DNA of 64,000 bases from the human T2T-CHM13v2.0 reference genome, Homo sapiens. A model generated the notes under the pieces. The model did not search any database and was not told the DNA's origin. It worked only from the letters and a program-made list of their open reading frames with translations. Of the stretch, positions 1-62,975 are shown in pieces. The position numbers and the translations under genes were made by a program. The DNA lies in NCBI RefSeq assembly GCF_009914755.1, contig NC_060927.1. One strand, given 5' to 3'. How positions within the stretch are numbered: position 1 is the stretch's first letter; the number at the start of each line of letters is the position of its first letter.

Positions 1-1942
<1,942 letters not shown>

Positions 1943-2918
1943 TTAGGCATCACTGAGGAACACCTAAAATGGATACAGCACTAACTAGACACCCTCGACC
2001 CTGACTCCCTAATAAAAGCGTCAGTCTTTTGCTCAATATCCTGACCTGACAGCAAACCAATAAAGACACGGCATAACCAAACTCCACAAATTTTTGGCCA
2101 AATAAAAGAAACACACGCAACGCTAACATTAAACCTTTTCTATGGCCGCTTCACGATAAGTATTACAAAATCCCCAGAAAGAGTTTATTCACCTAGCTCC
2201 GACTGTCGCCATACAAGGTGGAGCAGTGAGTGACCCGAACCAGGGGCTGACCCCTGCCAGAGCCCCCACAGCGACTCACTGCCCCCCCCTCCGCATTCCC
2301 ATCTGCACAACTTTCTGTGATTCAAACAGTCCGGAGCCAGGGCTCCCTGCAACTAACGCTATCGTGACATTATAAGCCGGTTAAATACTGAGGTCATAAA
2401 CCCACTCAGAAGTAAACAGAAGCAACATTAGTGAGCAAAGTTGAGGTTTAAGCAATACGGAAAACTAGAAACCAAGCAAAACCAGCAAAGCAACTAGCGT
2501 TGTCTCTCAATAAGATCTTCCAAAAGAGGCAAAGTGGAGAACCTGCTCTCCCCCGCACTCCGGAAAACCCAAACAGCACCAAAGCAGGTTCTACAACAGC
2601 TTCCCGGAGCAACTAGGCCAGGGGATGCGACGCCGCGCATCTCCCCCCGTCACACCAGGGGCCCGCGGAGGTCTGGTGGGGACGCGGAGCTCCAGGGGCC
2701 GGCCGGTGCAGGGACACGGCCGGGTTGGGGGTGGGGACGCGCGGCCCTGCCTCCTTGCCGGCCTGCGGTCTCCAGGGCCGGCCCGCACGGCTGCTGGACA
2801 GCGCCATGCCCACGCACCCCCGAACCTAGCGGCCCCCATTCCGGAACTCCCAGCTCCACGCGGCTGGGGTCGAGCTGGGGCCCGCGGGCAGGCGCCCTGA
2901 GCACCCGCGTGACGGTAC

Positions 2919-3060
2919 CTGTGGTGGCAGCACCTCCCAAGCTGCGGCGGCGGCGGCGGCGGCGACGGGGGCGGCAGCAGGGGCGGAGCGCGGCGTGCGC
3001 GCTCTCGGCCCGCAGTCCGGTGCGTGGCGCCCTCCCTCTCTCTCCTGGCCGCCGGGTGCC
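2919..3060 (-). other. SCAP: SCAP non-coding exon 1 (5' UTR; TSS approximate); intron 1 runs off the left edge of the window
   Basis: Minus-strand ...GCCGCCGCAGCTTGGGAGGTGCTGCCACCACAG|GTACCG donor at 2919/2918; matches recalled SCAP 5' UTR; no SCAP coding sequence is in the window. Confidence 0.75.
2944..2964. repeat. (GCG)7 / (CGC)7 trinucleotide repeat in the putative SCAP 5' UTR
   Basis: gcggcggcggcggcggcggcg counted directly. Confidence 0.95.
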
Positions 3061-3167
3061 CGCCCCTTCACCTCTCACCTCCTACCTTTACCCTCCCGCC
3101 CCGCCGCCCTCCGCACGTGCGCCCAGCGGCGTGCGCATGGGTAGTCGAACCACATTCGCGTCTCCCG

Positions 3168-3185
3168 TTCGCCCTCTGGTGGACA
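3168..3185 (-). promoter_or_regulatory. CTCF core motif
   Basis: Reverse complement reads TGTCCACCAGAGGGCG, a close match to CCASYAGRKGGCR. Confidence 0.65.
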
Positions 3186-3301
3186 CCGGAGGGAAGTATG
3201 GACGGCCGGGCCGGGCCGGGCCGGGCGGAGCGTGAAGCCGGGTTAGGGCCCGCCGGGTTTGGGCCCACCGGCTCTCATCGGTCATCAAGAACTTGCAGAA
3301 A

Positions 3302-6183
<2,882 letters not shown>

Positions 6184-6326
6184 TCCTACAACATTTAATA
6201 TGAAAACATAACAGAAAAGTTGAAAGAACCATAGAGTGAACACTCATATACCCTAGATTCAACTATTAATGTTTTGCTTAGTATCTCATGTCTATCTAAA
6301 AAAATCTATCCTTTTATTCATCTATC

Positions 6327-7640
<1,314 letters not shown>

Positions 7641-7649
7641 TATCAATCC

Positions 7650-12712
<5,063 letters not shown>

Positions 12713-12739
12713 AATGTCCAATCACTTGAGTAAGATCAC

Positions 12740-13150
12740 TATAGTCAGTTATTTCGTTGTTGTCTTCTCTGTAAGCTGATCAATCATACACATGCACCCC
12801 TTGCCCAATGTCCAGTGGCTGTAGAGCCTCCTGGCTGGATGAGTGCACCTCCCCTCTCCATTGTCAGCCTTGGCCAATAAAGCGTGAGTGAACACGACCT
12901 ACACCAAGTCTAGCAGAAGCTTTAAGAGCCACTGCTTGTGTGAATGTGCCTCTTGTTCTTCCCCTTAGCCAGGAGAACATAGTCCTGTGTTGGAACTGTT
13001 CCTTCAGACCAGGTGCCAGGATGAGAAGCCATGTGGAGCAGAACTGCAGCACATTACCCATGGTCCCCTATATGTAATGTGAGTGAGGAATGTGCTGTCC
13101 GTTTTAAGCCAACTGGGATTTGAGGGCTGTTTGTTACTACAGGAGAGCTG
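12740..13150 (+). mobile_element. MLT1-type MaLR LTR remnant
   Basis: Diagnostic phrases AGAAGCTTTAAGAGCCA and TTTTAAGCCA..TGGGATTTG.GGG.TGTTTGTTAC. Confidence 0.65.
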
Positions 13151-13393
13151 TAAGTGGTTACGAGTCAGGATCGTAACCTCAATAGATGTAAACACCATAA
13201 AATTCACCCATTGTCCAGTGTATATTTCAGTGACTTTCAGTAAATGTATGGTGAAACTATCATCACAATCTTCTTTTAGAACATTTTCATCACCCCCTTT
13301 CCATTCTCACGCCCAGCCTCAGGCAACTACCAATTTATCATCTATCTCTATAGATTTGCCTTTTCTGGACATTTCATATACATGGAATCATAC

Positions 13394-13477
13394 TATATAT
13401 ATATAATATACACACACACACACTATATATATATATACACACTATATATACATATATACACATATATATATATACAC

Positions 13478-13516
<39 letters not shown>

Positions 13517-13535
13517 TACATATATATATATATAT
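13394..13535. repeat. Compound (TA)n/(CA)n microsatellite forming the tail of the adjacent minus-strand Alu (13536-13807)
   Basis: About 140 bp of TA/CA dinucleotides. Confidence 0.95.
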
Positions 13536-13836
13536 TGCTCTATCGCCCAGGCTGGAGTGCAGTGGCACAATCTTGCCTCACTGTAAACCTCCGCCTCCTG
13601 GGTTCAAGCAATTTGTCCTGCCTTAGCCTCCCGGGTAGCTGGGATTACAGGAGCCCACCAACACACCCGGCTAAGTTTTGTATTTTTAGTAGAGATGAGA
13701 GTTTACCATGTTGGCCAGGCTGGTCTCGAACTCCTGACCTCAAGTGATATGCCTGCCTCAGCCTCCTGAAGTGCTGGGATTACAGGTGTGAGCCACTGAG
13801 CCTGGCCTATCTTTTGTATCTGGCTTAATGGTTTTT

Positions 13837-13983
13837 GGTCTCACTATGTTGCCCAGGGTGGAGTACAGTGGCTATTCACAAGACATGATCACAGCACATT
13901 ACAGCATTGAACTCCTGGGCTCAAGTGATCCTCCTGCCTCAGTCTCCTGAGTAGCTGAGACTACCGGTATGTGCCCGACTAGC
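13837..13983 (-). mobile_element. FAM (fossil Alu monomer)
   Basis: Single monomer retaining the 7SL-derived GTGAATAGCCACTG segment absent from dimeric Alus. Confidence 0.75.
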
Positions 13984-14167
13984 ATACTGCTTTTGAGGTT
14001 CACCCATGTTGCAGAATGTATCAGTACTTTAATTCCTTTTTTTACTGCTAACATTCCACTGCACAGATAGACTACATGATGATTTTTATCATCAGTTGAT
14101 GGACATTTGGATTTTTTCCACTTTTCAGCTATTATAATAAACACAGCTGTGAATATTCCCATGCAAG

Positions 14168-14610
14168 TTATTCCATGAAAGGGCCATATATGCGAAATGA
14201 CCCCCAAATGCAGAAGGAGCTGAGAAACCAAAGAACAAGGCAGACAAATCCAGTTTATCAGCAGAGGGCAATTTATTAGGGAACTTATGGACACAAGCAT
14301 GGTCTTGGTCAGCAACAAGTCAGGTAGATCTCCACACCATTATTCCCCAGACCCGGGACTTATATACCACAGGAAAAAGGGTATGTGCACTATAGAGACA
14401 ATGAAAGGCAACCCTCTAGAACAGGCCAGAATGAGTTGCGTGATAACATCAAGGTTGCTTTGACCTAAAGGTAGGATATATTGTGAGTACATATTCTTAC
14501 ATTAAAGACAGTAAATAAACAAGGAATCAGGAGGCATTCACAGGACTGCGGTTAATCTGAGGTCAACATGGCAAATTAGCATCCAAGATGGAGTCACTTT
14601 TGTCACCACA
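14168..14610 (-). mobile_element. Solo LTR, LTR47-like, inserted in L1
   Basis: Minus-strand start TGTGGTGACAAAAGTGACTCCATCTTGGATGCTAAT; TSD CAAG at 14164-14167 and 14611-14614; TATA-like motif near 14360 and AATAAA 14272-14277. Confidence 0.7.
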
Positions 14611-14686
14611 CAAGAGTTTGTGTAGAACTTTGTTTTCATTTCTTTTGGGTAGATAGCTATGAATTGAACGGGTTGAGTCATATAGT

Positions 14687-22247
<7,561 letters not shown>

Positions 22248-22704
22248 CTAGTTGTCATCTACAGGATGCGGGGCAAGAGCCCACCTCCTGCAGTCTTCAC
22301 AGGTGAGGGAGGCACCAGCAACTCGCCAAGGCCTGATCCGCCTGGCAGCAAGAACATCCCTTACCCCTCTCACCAAGACCATACACACCTGCGCCTACAC
22401 AGGGCCTCATGTGGCCAAGGCCCTGGTGCCAGGCCCTTGATGGCTAGGATTTGTTGGCATAAAGGCAAGGCACCACAGAAACTGGAGAAGCCAAAGGTCC
22501 CCACCTTTGGGTGGGGAGCTGGCCTCTGGGTTCCATGACTGTCAGTCAGCAAGTGTGGACTGTGGAGTGAGGCACAGTTACTTACAGCCTGCTGTGCAGC
22601 CTGTGTGCTTCCAAACCTCTCTAGGTCTGTTTCCTCGCTGAACTCATAGGGAAAGGGAAAGTACCTTTCCAGGATGGAAATTGAACAAGACAACCCACAG
22701 GAAG

Positions 22705-23134
22705 CTCCAGTGTGGAAACTTACTTTATTCCAGCCATGATTATCCTAGTTGTCACCTTGCACACCTGCCATCCGGTGCCATCTCCTGGCTGGCACATCTA
22801 TACCCACTCTGGCTCTGAAAGGCTTGTCAACCAAAAATGGGCAGCTGGGGCTAAGGCATATTTAAACAAAGGCTCCAAAGGACCCCTTTCACTTGGGTCT
22901 AGCATCCAGCCTCTCTCTCAGCAAAGGCAGGATTGTGGTCCCTTGTGTTTTCTGAACAGGGCCCAGGGCAGCCAAGGCATGCCATCACTGCAGCACTCAA
23001 CCCTCTGGTCACAGTGGAGTCGCCGGTCCAGCCTGAAATATTACTACAGAGGAGAAAGACCCATTCTTGCTATGTTGCTCTATCTTCCACGTCCAAAAAC
23101 AGTCCTATGTAGCTTCAGCTGCTCCGAAATCAGG
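22705..23134 (-). other. ELP6: ELP6 3' UTR (3' end approximate)
   Basis: Repeat-free sequence between the stop codon and the AATAAA signal. Confidence 0.8.
22724..22729 (-). terminator. ELP6: ELP6 polyadenylation signal AATAAA
   Basis: tttatt on + strand about 400 nt past the stop, followed on the minus strand by GU-rich sequence (TGTGGGTTGTCTTGTT). Confidence 0.85.
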
Positions 23135-40645
<17,511 letters not shown>

Positions 40646-40886
40646 TCCGAGCTCCTGGGACTAGCGCTCTGGAGGAGAACCCGGAGTGCTGCAGAGACGA
40701 CGGAGGATGGAGAGCAAAACACACCCGACAGCCCGGCTCGCGCAAGGAAGCGCGCATGCGCAATGCCACTTTTGCGAGCCAGCCACAGCCAATGAGGCGG
40801 GTGCCTCGATGGGACCGCTGCGCACGCGCGTAGACGTCCGTCGAGTCCCAGGTGGTAGGAAACGATGGGCTTCTCTGTGCGACTGC

Positions 40887-40904
40887 CAGCGGCCTCTGGC
40901 GGCT
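40887..40904 (-). promoter_or_regulatory. CTCF-like motif upstream of ELP6
   Basis: Reverse complement AGCCGCCAGAGGCCGCTG, one notable core deviation from consensus. Confidence 0.5.
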
Positions 40905-41112
40905 CATTCCGCGCAGATCTGCGTGGCGCCCGAGCCCTCCCAGTGGGCCCCCAAGGCTCCACGCGACCGAGTATTCTTCTTCCCTTGGCCTCGCTCTCTG
41001 CCCAGCCCCGGGCTCCTTTTCTCCACACGTGGCTGTCAAGCGCCTTCTGTATGCCCCACACTCCTGGGAGCTTGGGCTACATCGATGAACAAAAACAAAG
41101 GACAGGGAATTT

Positions 41113-41155
<43 letters not shown>

Positions 41156-41648
41156 TTTAATTGAGACGGAGTCTTGCCCTGTCGCCCAGGCTGGAGTGCA
41201 GTGGCGCGATCTCGGCTCACTACAGTCTCCGCCTCCTGGGTTCACGCCATTCTCCTGCCTCAGCCTCCCGAGTGTAGCTGGGACTACAGGCGCCCGCCAC
41301 CACGCCCGGCTAATTTTTTGTATTTTTAGTAGAGACGGGGTTTCACCGTGTTAGCCAGGATGGTCTTGATCTCCCGACCTCGTGATCCGCCGGCCTCGGC
41401 CTCCCAAAGTGCTGGGATTACAGGCATGAGCCACCACGCCCGGCCGACACGGAATTATATCTTGAAAAGTTGTGTGGAGAAAAGCAAAGTGGGATTAGAG
41501 AGTACCAATGGGGGCAGGGGTAGGTTCCAGAATTAAAGAGGTTGTCAGGGTGGGTCTCACTAAGAAAGTGTGGTTGCGGCTGGGCGCGGTGGCTCACACC
41601 TGTAATGCCAGCACTTTGGGAGGCCTAGACGGAGGGATCACGAGGTCA

Positions 41649-41855
<207 letters not shown>

Positions 41856-42493
41856 TTAAAAAACAGTGTGGTTGCAACACGCCCTGTATGCCTGTCCTCA
41901 GAGCCTTTATACTAACTCTTCCCTCTTCCTGGAATGCCCCTTTTCCCAGATATTAAGCTGATTTTAAAATTCCCCACTTCCTTCAGGTCTCTGCTCCGAT
42001 GTCACTTTATTCGTGAGGCCTTCCCTGAGCACCTTACTTAAATCACAAACTGTCCCTTTCCCAACACTTCTTTTTCCTTGCTTTTATTTTTTTCCATAAC
42101 ATTTATATCTATTATACCGTATATAGTTTTGTTCTAGCCCAATCAGCCTCAGATCAGTGGACAAACCTGTAATTCCACCAAAGTCAAGTTTATTGACAGT
42201 CACTAAAATAATTGTTATATGATTTGGGAAAGAGTCGAATTCAGGTGAAATTTAAGTGAACCGGTGTTTGATATGCTCAAAGCACAGCACAGCTGTGTGT
42301 GGAGTCCTAATCTGGCGTGGACTGCAAAGGGGACCCAGGGTCATTTCTGTGGAAACTACAAGGTTAAGATCGATGTGGAATGTAATCGTTAGCTGAAGCT
42401 CTGCACCTGGGATGGAAATCAAGGCTGCTTCTCTGTGTCAAAGGGATGTAGATCCTTCAGCCAAGAATGAGATGTTTCATGCTTATTGAAATG

Positions 42494-43071
42494 TGAGAAA
42501 GAGAAAAAAAAATTGGCCTGACACTCACAGCTAGGTCTTGGTGTTCCTGTTGAGCATAAACAATTTCATAAAACACCAACATCAGACTGATTGTGACGGA
42601 TCAAGACAAAACTAGAACACTCCATAATCATGTTGAACACAAAACATGTACATTGTCCAAGCCACAACCAAACATCTCATTTCCCAGCAAATAAGAGTAC
42701 CACTTCTTTACCAATCTCTTTAGCCTGATACAAGTTCTTTTTTTTTTTTTTTTTGGCCTGATACCAGTTGTTTATCACATACTGGCTTTGCAAAGATGCC
42801 TCCCTGTAAATAAGATATATCAGGGTACCTAATCATAGAATTACCCCAATCTTCTGACAGCCTCCATCTCCAAGCAAAGCTGTACTTCCTTAAACCCTCC
42901 CCTAAATCACTTAACAAGCCCAAATCCTATAATTATTTTCTAACACTCTCTTAATGAGACACCCCATGGTTCCCCCATGGTGTACATTCTCCCTCATAGC
43001 AATGAGTAATAAACTTAGTGTTTTCAGTAATAAGTATATTCCTGGTGGTCATTGCCTGGAGGGAATAGACA
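42494..43071 (+). mobile_element. MER67-like ERV1 LTR, apparently nested in an older LTR-like element (~42129-43500)
   Basis: GCATAAACAATTTCA…CAACATCAGAC…GGATCAAGACAAAA…CATTGTCCAAGCCAC; AATAAA near 43008; ends in CA. Confidence 0.6.
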
Positions 43072-43688
43072 TGATGTCAAGCAGCAAAGTTTTAATTTTA
43101 GAGAACAAAGTTTCTTGCTAAGAAAGCAGTAGTCGCCACCGAGTGAGGTGGCTCATGTTACATGGGAGGCTGAGGCAAGATAATTACTTGAAGCCAGGAG
43201 GTGGAGGCTGCAATGAGCCGAGATCACACCACTACACTCCAGACTGTGCGACAGAGCAAGACTCTGTCTTAAAAAAAAAAAAGAAAAGAAAAGAAAGAAA
43301 AGAAAAAGAAAAAAAGCGGTAGTCTCTCAAAGAAAGGGGTTATTTATGAGACTACAGCTGCAGCATGTTTAATCCCAGCTACGTGGGAGACCTTGAACCT
43401 GGGAGATGGAGGTTGCAGTGAGCTGAGATCGCGCCATTGCACTCCAGCCTGCACATCTATTATCTGTGATGAGAAAATAGCAGGACAGGTTTTCACAGTC
43501 TGAACTAATTTTACGTTTCTTACTTTCCTTATTTGAACTTTAGTACCAGAAGGCAAGAGGACAGGGATTTTTGCCTGTCTTCTTTGCTGTTATTTCCTCA
43601 GTGCCTAAAAGACTGCCAGGCATTGGGCCGGGCACGGTGGCTCATGCCTGTAATCCTGGCACTTTGGGAAGCTGAGGTGGGCAGATCA

Positions 43689-47820
<4,132 letters not shown>

Positions 47821-48019
47821 GTATTCTTTTTGTCAAAGAGAACTCCCCTCCAATTGTATAAGCTTCAGGTCCTGGAATACTTGGATTTGCCCCCATTGTT
47901 GCTTATGCACATGTTGAACAGCATAGTGCAACTATGGAAAATTCAAACAGCTTCTCTGCAGGAAAGAATAGTGTTCAAAGGACTGGAGGAACAAAAGGGT
48001 GAAGGGGATTTTACATAGC

Positions 48020-48400
48020 AATTAGGAAGCTCCTACCTCCCCTGGCCTTGAGTGCTCTCCTCTGTATTGAAGTGGGCTGGAAGCTTGTAAACTAAATCTT
48101 CCAGACTGCTTTTCCAGCTGGTTTCTAATGCAGCTCTGTCAGGGAGACACTGGAAGGAGACTGGAAGGCAGGAAGAAGGAATTTTTCTGTTCATGATCAC
48201 TCCCCTGGCAGGGTCAGCATCAGTAGTGGGTGACTGGGCTGCAGCAGGCAGCGACGGTCTCAGCAGAGGCAGCAGGGGTGAGCACAGGTGCCTGGGTTCC
48301 AGCAGCCACGAGGGCAGCCACACTTCCGATGGCTCTGCAGTTCCCATAGCTCCTTCTGTCCACAGTCCCCATCACGCCCTCAGTTCGCCATATATTCAGC
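48020..48400 (-). mobile_element. LTR33-like ERVL LTR remnant
   Basis: GGGCTGGAAGCTTG.AAACTA.AT.TTCCAGAC…GGAGACTGGAAGGCAGGAAGAAGG pattern; boundaries approximate. Confidence 0.5.
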
Positions 48401-48878
48401 TTCTTTTGGATCTACAGGCCTTCATCATCTGCATTTTCTTTCCATTAGCTCCATTTCCTTCCATCCCTAGCAGGAATCTATGAACTATCCTTGAACTCAG
48501 AGTTCTCTTGCAGGCACCCTCAACATCTTCATCTTGTTGGCCTCCTGGGAATGGCACCTGCTCTGCAGCTCCCCGTCCTGGATGCATCCTGTAGCCCCAC
48601 TTCTCTTCCAGGTGCTGGTGACCCTCACTTCTAGAAAACAGCACGGGCCCTGCCAGCCCCAGTCCCCGCGCTGCTGCATGGACACTATGGCTCCCTGTGC
48701 CTCCCTGTCTCTCAGTTGATGACTTGCTGCCTCATCAATAGGTTGTTGTCTGACACCTCTATCATCTGTGACAAGAGGTTGTGTTTTTGTTTTGTTTTTT
48801 AATAATAGAGATAAGGGCCAGGTGTGGTGGCTCACACCTGTAATCCCAGCACTTGAGGAGGCTGAAGCAGGCGGATCA

Positions 48879-49214
<336 letters not shown>

Positions 49215-49345
49215 TTACAGGTGTGAGCCACCACGCCCAGTCTAGAGAGTTTTCATACCACAAAGTTGAAGGTGAACCTGTAGAACCCATAAACTGTTGA
49301 CAAAAGAAAAAAGCGGGAAGCAGCCTTGGGTTATCTCCAGCACAC

Positions 49346-49360
49346 CCACCAGAGGGCAGC
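49346..49360 (+). promoter_or_regulatory. CTCF core motif with adjacent AP-1-like TTAGTCA (49379-49385)
   Basis: CCACCAGAGGGCAGC in non-Alu sequence. Confidence 0.65.
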
Positions 49361-51109
49361 AGACACTGGCTAAAGCTCTTAGTCATAAGTCCTGAGTGCT
49401 GGAAACAGTTGCAATGGCCAGCACGTGGGCAGAGCTCACCGCAGACAGTCCTCAGAGGTCGGAATCTGCCGTGCATCTGGCAATCTCTCTGCTGCCCCTG
49501 CCCCAGCCTGCCCTTAGCTCATCTCTCTGGAGCCCAGTGGTAGTCTTCATGGGCTCTCCTGCTTCAGGCTGTCCTGACTTAAGGAATGTCCCCACTGCCC
49601 TCATCCCTTCACAGCTCCTCTGCAGATCAGAGTGCAAGCCAGAGTCCTACAGTGGCCTCACAGCCCTGGCTGCTTGGAATCCTTACCCGTTCCCCACTCA
49701 CTGTGGCACCACCAGGCTCCGCGCTGTTACTCCAGGCCTCAGAGACGGGCACACTCAGGGGCCATGTGCTTCTGTTCCCTTTGTTTATGAGCTATTCCCC
49801 CAGGTGTCTGCAGAGCACGCTTCCTTGAACTCCTTCAGGCCTTCCCTGAGCACACCCTTGTAAGTACACACAGACGGCACCACCACATCCCTTTCAGCAG
49901 GACCCAGGGGAAGAGCAGTCACCAGACACCCTCCAGCTCTCTGTTCCTGCAGGGCCCAGCACGGCTGCATACAGCCTCACCTGAGGTCACACCCTTCCTA
50001 AGGCAGCCTTCATCTGGTGACTGAGCAAAGCAGGGGCTATAAAGAACTGGCCATTTCCATCTCATGTGAGACTCTGTCCGACTGTCTAACTTCTCCAAGA
50101 CTTTGTTGGGTGCCCATCACTGTTCAAGTTCTCCTGCCCCATCCTGCTTCCGCCTCCTTCCTTCCACAGGTGTTGGCCTCATATTCCATCTCAGTAAATG
50201 CCTCTGAAGAGCCCACACCTGTAATTCTAGCACTTTGGGAGGTCGAGGCAGGAGGATCACTTGAGGCAAGGAGTTTGAGACCAGCCTGGGCAACATAGTG
50301 AGACACTATCTCTACAAAAAATTAAATTAGCTGAGCATGGTGGTGCACACCTGTGGTCCCAGATACTCAGGAGGCTGAGATTGGTGGATCACTTGAGACT
50401 AGGAAGTTGAGGCTGCCATGAGCCATGACTGCACCACTGCACTCCAGCTTGGGCAGCAGGACAAGAACCTGTCTCAAAATGAATAAATAAAAAGAAAGTT
50501 GTTCCAGTCACCTGTCTGGCATGTGTACAGCTCTGGGAGACACTCTGCTGGCTTTTCCCAGACGCCAGCCAGCTCCTCCACTTTGACAACTCTTGCCTGC
50601 CCAGGCCTCTCCTACTTCTGCCTCACTCCCAGCTGGGGTTTCCTTCCTCATAAAGGACCTCCACTCAGCTCAGCCTTTGGGGAAGCAAGGCTAAATACAC
50701 TCTTTTGTCATCTTTTGCGACCCTCTTGCAAGCACATCTTTCTCCAGCTATACCATAGGTCCTTGTCTCATTCCTCACATTTTTTGGCACCTACTGTATC
50801 AGAGGTATTCTTCTAGATGCTAGGGATACATGACCTCAGGTTATCTGCCTGCCTCAGCCTCCCAAAGTGCTGGGATTACAGGAGTGAGCCACGGCACCTG
50901 GCCGCCAGTGCATGTTTTAGACCAGCCACTGAAGCCACAGCACTGGCTGCCTCAGAAGGGGTGGGGCAGGAGGCTGGGAGGGGCTAAACCAGGACTTGCA
51001 GTGGGGACAGGGAGAGGAGAAATGTTAAAAAAACTATCCAGGGCCAGGTGTGGTGGCTCATGCCTGTAATCCCAGCACTTCTGGAGGCCAAGGTGAGAGG
51101 ATCACTTTA

Positions 51110-61105
<9,996 letters not shown>

Positions 61106-61155
61106 CATCCAGATGTACATTTCCAGCCCACACCCGGTTCCAGCTACCTCACTGA

Positions 61156-61815
61156 CGTGGAGTTCTAACTGGGGAGGAGGAGCCAGGCTGGCTGGAGCAG
61201 GTAAAAGCAAAAAGAGAAAGCAGATAAGCTATGAGTCTGCCTTTCTTCATGGTCCAGGACACATAGCCCTCCTGTGTAAATAACTCACAATCTTCCTGCA
61301 GCCAGCTATCACCAGACCCTCGGCTGATAGAAAAATGCAAGTTAGCTCACTGCAACCTTGGCGTTATCATGACTACACAAAGCCCTCTTCGACACACAGC
61401 ACAAACACCACCCTATAAAATCCCCAGCAAGGCTTTGTCTCTTTGCAGTCAGCTCCTCTCTTGCTGACTTGCCCATTGCACCCTTGCAACATATTTTCAT
61501 GCTTTTTCTAACAACTCTACCTTTCTTTACCTACAGCTGTCTTGGTAAATTCTTTTACCACCCAGGTGACACCAGCCCCAGATAGTTGTGACCTGTGACA
61601 CTTCGGTGGCCCGTATGGGGAACTCTCTCTCCTTACAGGAAACTCTCTCCCCTCTGTCTTTCTCTTTCCCAACTTGGGACCCTTGGTGGAAAGCATCTAA
61701 GCACAGAAACAACTGTAGGTCTCTGGCTGGAGCTACACTCTGGTGGGACTGAAAGGTGTCCGTGTGAAAGTGTCTGACTGCCACCGGTCCAGATAGTCGC
61801 TGCTCACCCACAACA
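61156..61815 (+). mobile_element. Internally deleted ERV1 provirus (MER83/MER84-like): 5' LTR 61156-61600, PBS 61604-61621, leader, 3' LTR tip 61782-61815
   Basis: LTR with TATAAAA near 61414 ending GTGACA; PBS CGGTGGCCCGTATGGGGA (16/18 to the tRNA-Ile PBS); TSD ACTGA at 61151-61155 and 61816-61820. Confidence 0.8.
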
Positions 61816-61833
61816 ACTGACATAGCTACTTAG

Positions 61834-62222
<389 letters not shown>

Positions 62223-62903
62223 TAGGATTATAGGCGTGAGCCACTGCACCCAGCCTACTTCTCACTTTCTTTCATCCCACATTGGGACCACCAGTAATAT
62301 CTGTGGTCTCAACCTTCACAATATGTCCAGAATGTGACCACTTCCCACCAGCTCTATAACCAGCAGTCCACTCTGAGCTTCCAGCATCTCCTGCCTGGGT
62401 CAGTGCAGTAGGCTCCTAACCAGTCCTCTTAGTCTACTCTTGCCCTAGCTTCAGCTAAGTGATCCTTCTAAAATTAAATCAGGCTGGGCACAGTGGCTTA
62501 TGCCTATAATCCAGACACTTTGGGAAGCTGAGGCAGGAGGATTGCTTGATCCCAGGAGTTTGAGATAAGCCTGGACAACATGGCAAGACCCTGTCTCTAC
62601 AAAAAATAATAAAATTAGCCAGGCATGGTGTTGTGTGACTGTGGTCCCAGGTATTCGGGAGGTTGAGGCAAGACTACTTGAGTCTAGGAGGCCAAGATTG
62701 CAATGAGTCATGTTCACAACTCTGCACTCCAGCCTGGGTGACAAAGTGAGACCCTGTCTCAAAGAAATAAATAACAAAACTAAATCAGACCACAACATCC
62801 TTCTGCTAAGTACCCTTCAATGGCTTTTACCACATTCTGTGAGAAAAGCTGGGGTCCTTACAGTGACCTAAAGGCCAAGGTTTCACTTCATTTCATTTGA
62901 TTT

Positions 62904-62975
62904 CCCCTCCCTCCCTCCCTCCCTCCCTCCCTCCCTTCTTTCCTTCCTTCCTTCCTTCCTTCCTTCCTTCCTTCC
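62904..62975. repeat. (CCCT)n(CCTT)n polypyrimidine microsatellite
   Basis: Direct reading of the sequence. Confidence 0.9.

Noticed and set aside
3066-3090. TCACC-containing motifs suggesting a sterol response element in the SCAP promoter
   Set aside because: Only a partial match to ATCACCCCAC within a pyrimidine-rich tract; not supportable from sequence alone.
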